NCBI GenBank assembly: GCA_035939115.1
Contig: DASZGF010000205.1
Location: 10,561 to 74,560, forward strand
Source: Candidatus Binataceae bacterium
GTDB taxonomy: Bacteria; Desulfobacterota; Binatia; Binatales; Binataceae
Direction of reading: 5' to 3'
Length of the DNA stretch: 64,000 nucleotides
How positions within the stretch are numbered: the stretch's first letter is position 1; every line of letters starts with the position of its first letter. Below, one piece after another: positions 61,578 to 64,000 of the stretch. The position numbers and the translations under genes are program-made. The notes under the pieces were generated by a model, which worked only from the letters and a program-made list of their open reading frames with translations, was not told the origin of the DNA and searched no databases.

Positions 61578-63182
61578 GTGGCGCTAGCAAGCAGATGTCC
61601 GTCGGCCGGGGAACCAATGGCCGCCGCCGGTTGGACGATTACCCGCGTGGTCAATCCTTCACCATTATATGGCTCCAATGGGATGCGGCTGGGGCCGGAC
61701 GGATGGCTTTACGTGACGCAGGTGTTCGGCAGTCAGATCAGCGCGATCAATCCTGCCACCGGCGAGGCGCGGATCGTCAGCCCGCGGGGTGGGTCGATCG
61801 TCAGTCCCGACGACCTCGATTATGACTCCAAAGGCGTGATGTACATAACCGAATATCTGAACTCGCGGGTTTGTGCGCGGATGCCCAACGGCGAGGTGCG
61901 CGTCATTTCCGATCAGGTTCCCGGCGCCAACGGTATCACCGTTTACAAAGACCGCCTGTTCATCGACGAATGCCGCGCCGGCGGACGTTTGCTCGAACTG
62001 TTTCCGGACGGGCGGGCGCCGCGCCTGATGGCCGATGGGCTTGCAATGCCCAATGCGTGCGCCGTCGGTCCCGATGAGCATCTTTACTTTCCCGAAGTCC
62101 TGAGTGGGGACATCTGGCGCGTGCCGCTCAACGGCGGCGAGCGCGAGCGTTTCATTAGCGGGCTTCACACTCCGCCGGCGCTGAAGTTCGACAATCGGGG
62201 CGCGCTGATGGTGCTGGAATCGCACACCGGCGATGTCACCCGGATCGACTTGCAGAGCCGGAAAAAGACCCGCTTCGCAACGCTGGAGTCGGGGCTCGAC
62301 AACCTGGTCATCGCGCCCGACGACCGCGTCTTCGTGTCCAGCTTCGCCCACGGAGGGCTTTGGGAGATCGCACCCAACGGCCAAAGCAAAGTGCTTGTGC
62401 CCCATGGATTGATCGGACCGTGGGACCTGGCATGGAGCGGCGAGACGCTCTTCATCGGGGATGGGCCGAGCTTGATTCGCGTGCGTTCCGAAGGCGGATG
62501 GGAGCGGGCCGGATGGGTCGGAGATCCGGGCTTTCCGGGGATAATCCGCGGCTTGTGCGCGGGTCCCGGCGGGGCGCTGTACATCACCACGACCGTGGGC
62601 ACCGTCGCCACCTTTGATCCGAAAACGCACAGCGCCGAAGTGCTGGCCAAGGAGCTCGATCATCCGCTCGGTATCGCCCGTTCGCCGCGCAACTCCGTGA
62701 TCGTGGTGGAAAGCGGGACCGGCAGGATTCTGGAGCTGGTCGAAGGCGGAGAACCCAAAACCATCGCCGAAGGACTGAACTCCCCGACCGGAGTAGCCGT
62801 CGCGCCGGACGGCGCCTGCTACGTCAGCGAAACCGGCGCTCGCCGCGTGGTCAGGATAAATGGCGGCGTTGAGACCGTGTCCGAAGGGATGGACAAGCCC
62901 CAGGGCCTCGCGGTCGTGGGCGACGCGCTGGTGGTGCTCGACGCGGGCTCGCGGCTATTGCTGGAAATCCCGCTCAGCGATCGCCGGCGCAAACTGCTGG
63001 CGTCCAACCTGCCGGTAGGCAGCGCCGGCAGTTTACCGGCCAAGGCAATGCCGGGAATTCCCGGCATTTTCCCTGGACCATTCGTTCCGTTCGCCGGCAT
63101 CGCGACCGGACCCGGCGGCCGCATCTTCGTCGCCGGCGACGCCGACGGCAGCGTACTGGCGCTGAAGCGAAACCCTGAGTGA
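61578..63182 (+). CDS. SMP-30/gluconolactonase/NHL-type beta-propeller repeat protein
   Basis: Repeated ...GPDGxLY..., ...P.GIA/GVAV..DG.. blades across about 530 aa. GTG 61578 follows an aggaggg SD; ATG 61617 is an alternative start. Confidence 0.5.
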   Translation: MALASRCPSAGEPMAAAGWTITRVVNPSPLYGSNGMRLGPDGWLYVTQVFGSQISAINPATGEARIVSPRGGSIVSPDDLDYDSKGVMYITEYLNSRVCARMPNGEVRVISDQVPGANGITVYKDRLFIDECRAGGRLLELFPDGRAPRLMADGLAMPNACAVGPDEHLYFPEVLSGDIWRVPLNGGERERFISGLHTPPALKFDNRGALMVLESHTGDVTRIDLQSRKKTRFATLESGLDNLVIAPDDRVFVSSFAHGGLWEIAPNGQSKVLVPHGLIGPWDLAWSGETLFIGDGPSLIRVRSEGGWERAGWVGDPGFPGIIRGLCAGPGGALYITTTVGTVATFDPKTHSAEVLAKELDHPLGIARSPRNSVIVVESGTGRILELVEGGEPKTIAEGLNSPTGVAVAPDGACYVSETGARRVVRINGGVETVSEGMDKPQGLAVVGDALVVLDAGSRLLLEIPLSDRRRKLLASNLPVGSAGSLPAKAMPGIPGIFPGPFVPFAGIATGPGGRIFVAGDADGSVLALKRNPE

Positions 63183-63206
63183 CCCAACTGACCGGAGGAA
63201 GAGCAA

Positions 63207-64000
63207 ATGCCTAACGCACCAAAGACCTGTATGGCCGCGCTGCTCAAGGCTTACCGGGAGCCGCTGGCGGTTGAAGAAGTGCAGCTTCCGCGGGAGCTTG
63301 AACCCGGTGCGATGCTGGTCAAAAACGACGCCAGCTCAATCTGCGGGTCCGACATGCACGCGTGGGAAAATCCGCCTCCCGCAAGCATGGGAATCGCCGT
63401 GAACCTGCCCGTGGTGCCGGGGCATGAGATGATGGGCCGGATCGCGGATTTAGGTACCGTCAAGGACGATTCGCTGGGGCGTCCGCTGAAGGAAGGCGAC
63501 CGCGTCATCTGGAGTCCGGGGGTCTGCGGGCGATGCTTCTGGTGCGTCGTCGCCAAGCGCCCCTCGCTGTGCCCCAATCGGCGCTACTTCGGCGTGTCGT
63601 CGGCCAAAAACTATCCGTACCTGACGGGGGCGTTTGCCGAATACACTTACGTGTTTCCGGGGTGCGGACTGGTCAAGGTGCCCGACACCGTCAAGGACCA
63701 TTGGGCGTCAGCCGCGTCTTGCGCGTTGCGGAGCGTGGTGCACGCGTTCGAACGGCTGGGAACGCTGCGCGAGCCGGAGATCGTGGTGGTTCAGGGAACG
63801 GGGCCGATCGGGCTGTTCTCGGTTGCGATGTCGGCGCGCTCCGGCGCCGCCAAGGTGATCGCGATCGGTGCGCCAGCGGATCGCCTCGAAGTGGCGAAAA
63901 AATGGGGCGCCGACCATACGATTTCCGTGAATGTACCTCACGCCCAGCGCGTCGAGCAGGTCAAGGAACTGACCGGCGGGCTGGGCGCGGACCTGGTGAT
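63207..64000 (+). CDS. Zinc-dependent alcohol dehydrogenase (MDR family), 3' end outside the window
   Basis: Manual translation from ATG 63207 (ggaggaag SD) is open to the window end. Motifs: ICGSDMHAW, PGHEMMG, structural-Zn CGRCFWCVVAKRPSLC and Rossmann VVQGTGPIG. It is absent from the ORF track because no stop codon lies in the window. Confidence 0.8.
   Translation, partial: MPNAPKTCMAALLKAYREPLAVEEVQLPRELEPGAMLVKNDASSICGSDMHAWENPPPASMGIAVNLPVVPGHEMMGRIADLGTVKDDSLGRPLKEGDRVIWSPGVCGRCFWCVVAKRPSLCPNRRYFGVSSAKNYPYLTGAFAEYTYVFPGCGLVKVPDTVKDHWASAASCALRSVVHAFERLGTLREPEIVVVQGTGPIGLFSVAMSARSGAAKVIAIGAPADRLEVAKKWGADHTISVNVPHAQRVEQVKELTGGLGADLV

Overview
High-G+C bacterial chromosomal window, probably from a soil-type lineage (taxon not determinable from the sequence). 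It is dominated by hydrogen metabolism. All family calls come from reading the supplied translations for motifs; no database search was possible.

**Main content, left to right:**
- 1-7100: a stretch of decayed genes: a P-type ATPase, a luciferase-like monooxygenase (LLM) remnant, a universal stress protein (Usp) and a multihaem cytochrome.
- 7122-12213 (+): a group 3b (sulfhydrogenase-type) [NiFe] hydrogenase operon, including a stand-alone cyclic-nucleotide-binding (cNMP) protein and its own maturation protease.
- 12473-19170 (+): an N-ATPase-type F-ATPase operon in the diagnostic order atpDCQRBEFAG.
- 21502-37369 (-): a nearly continuous block holding a group 1h/5 (Hhy, high-affinity type) [NiFe] hydrogenase, its conserved accessory proteins and hypABCDEF.
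- 41214-49455 (-): a second group-1h-type structural pair packed inside a six-gene operon of PAS histidine kinases and response regulators. I consider this the most novel feature, a candidate H2-sensing module.
- 49681-64000: miscellaneous metabolism, namely a double CaiB/BaiF CoA-transferase, MsrA, an NCS2 permease, a DsbA-like isomerase, a D-aminoacylase-like amidohydrolase, a hydantoinase-B-like protein, a beta-propeller protein and a Zn-ADH.
- 54566-56582: a tandem array of three REP-associated tyrosine transposase (RAYT) genes bounded by perfect 27-nt REP palindromes.

**Cross-cutting observations:**
- Many otherwise recognisable genes carry frameshifts or in-frame stops: the ATPase, Usp, the cytochrome, atpA, hypF, hypE, hhyL2 and the permease. 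This is either real decay or assembly indel error and must be resolved before functional claims are made.
- A second palindromic repeat family (ccctaaccctctccc...gggagagggttagggtgaggg) occurs at four loci, once in-frame inside hypF.
- No rRNA, tRNA or CRISPR array was seen.
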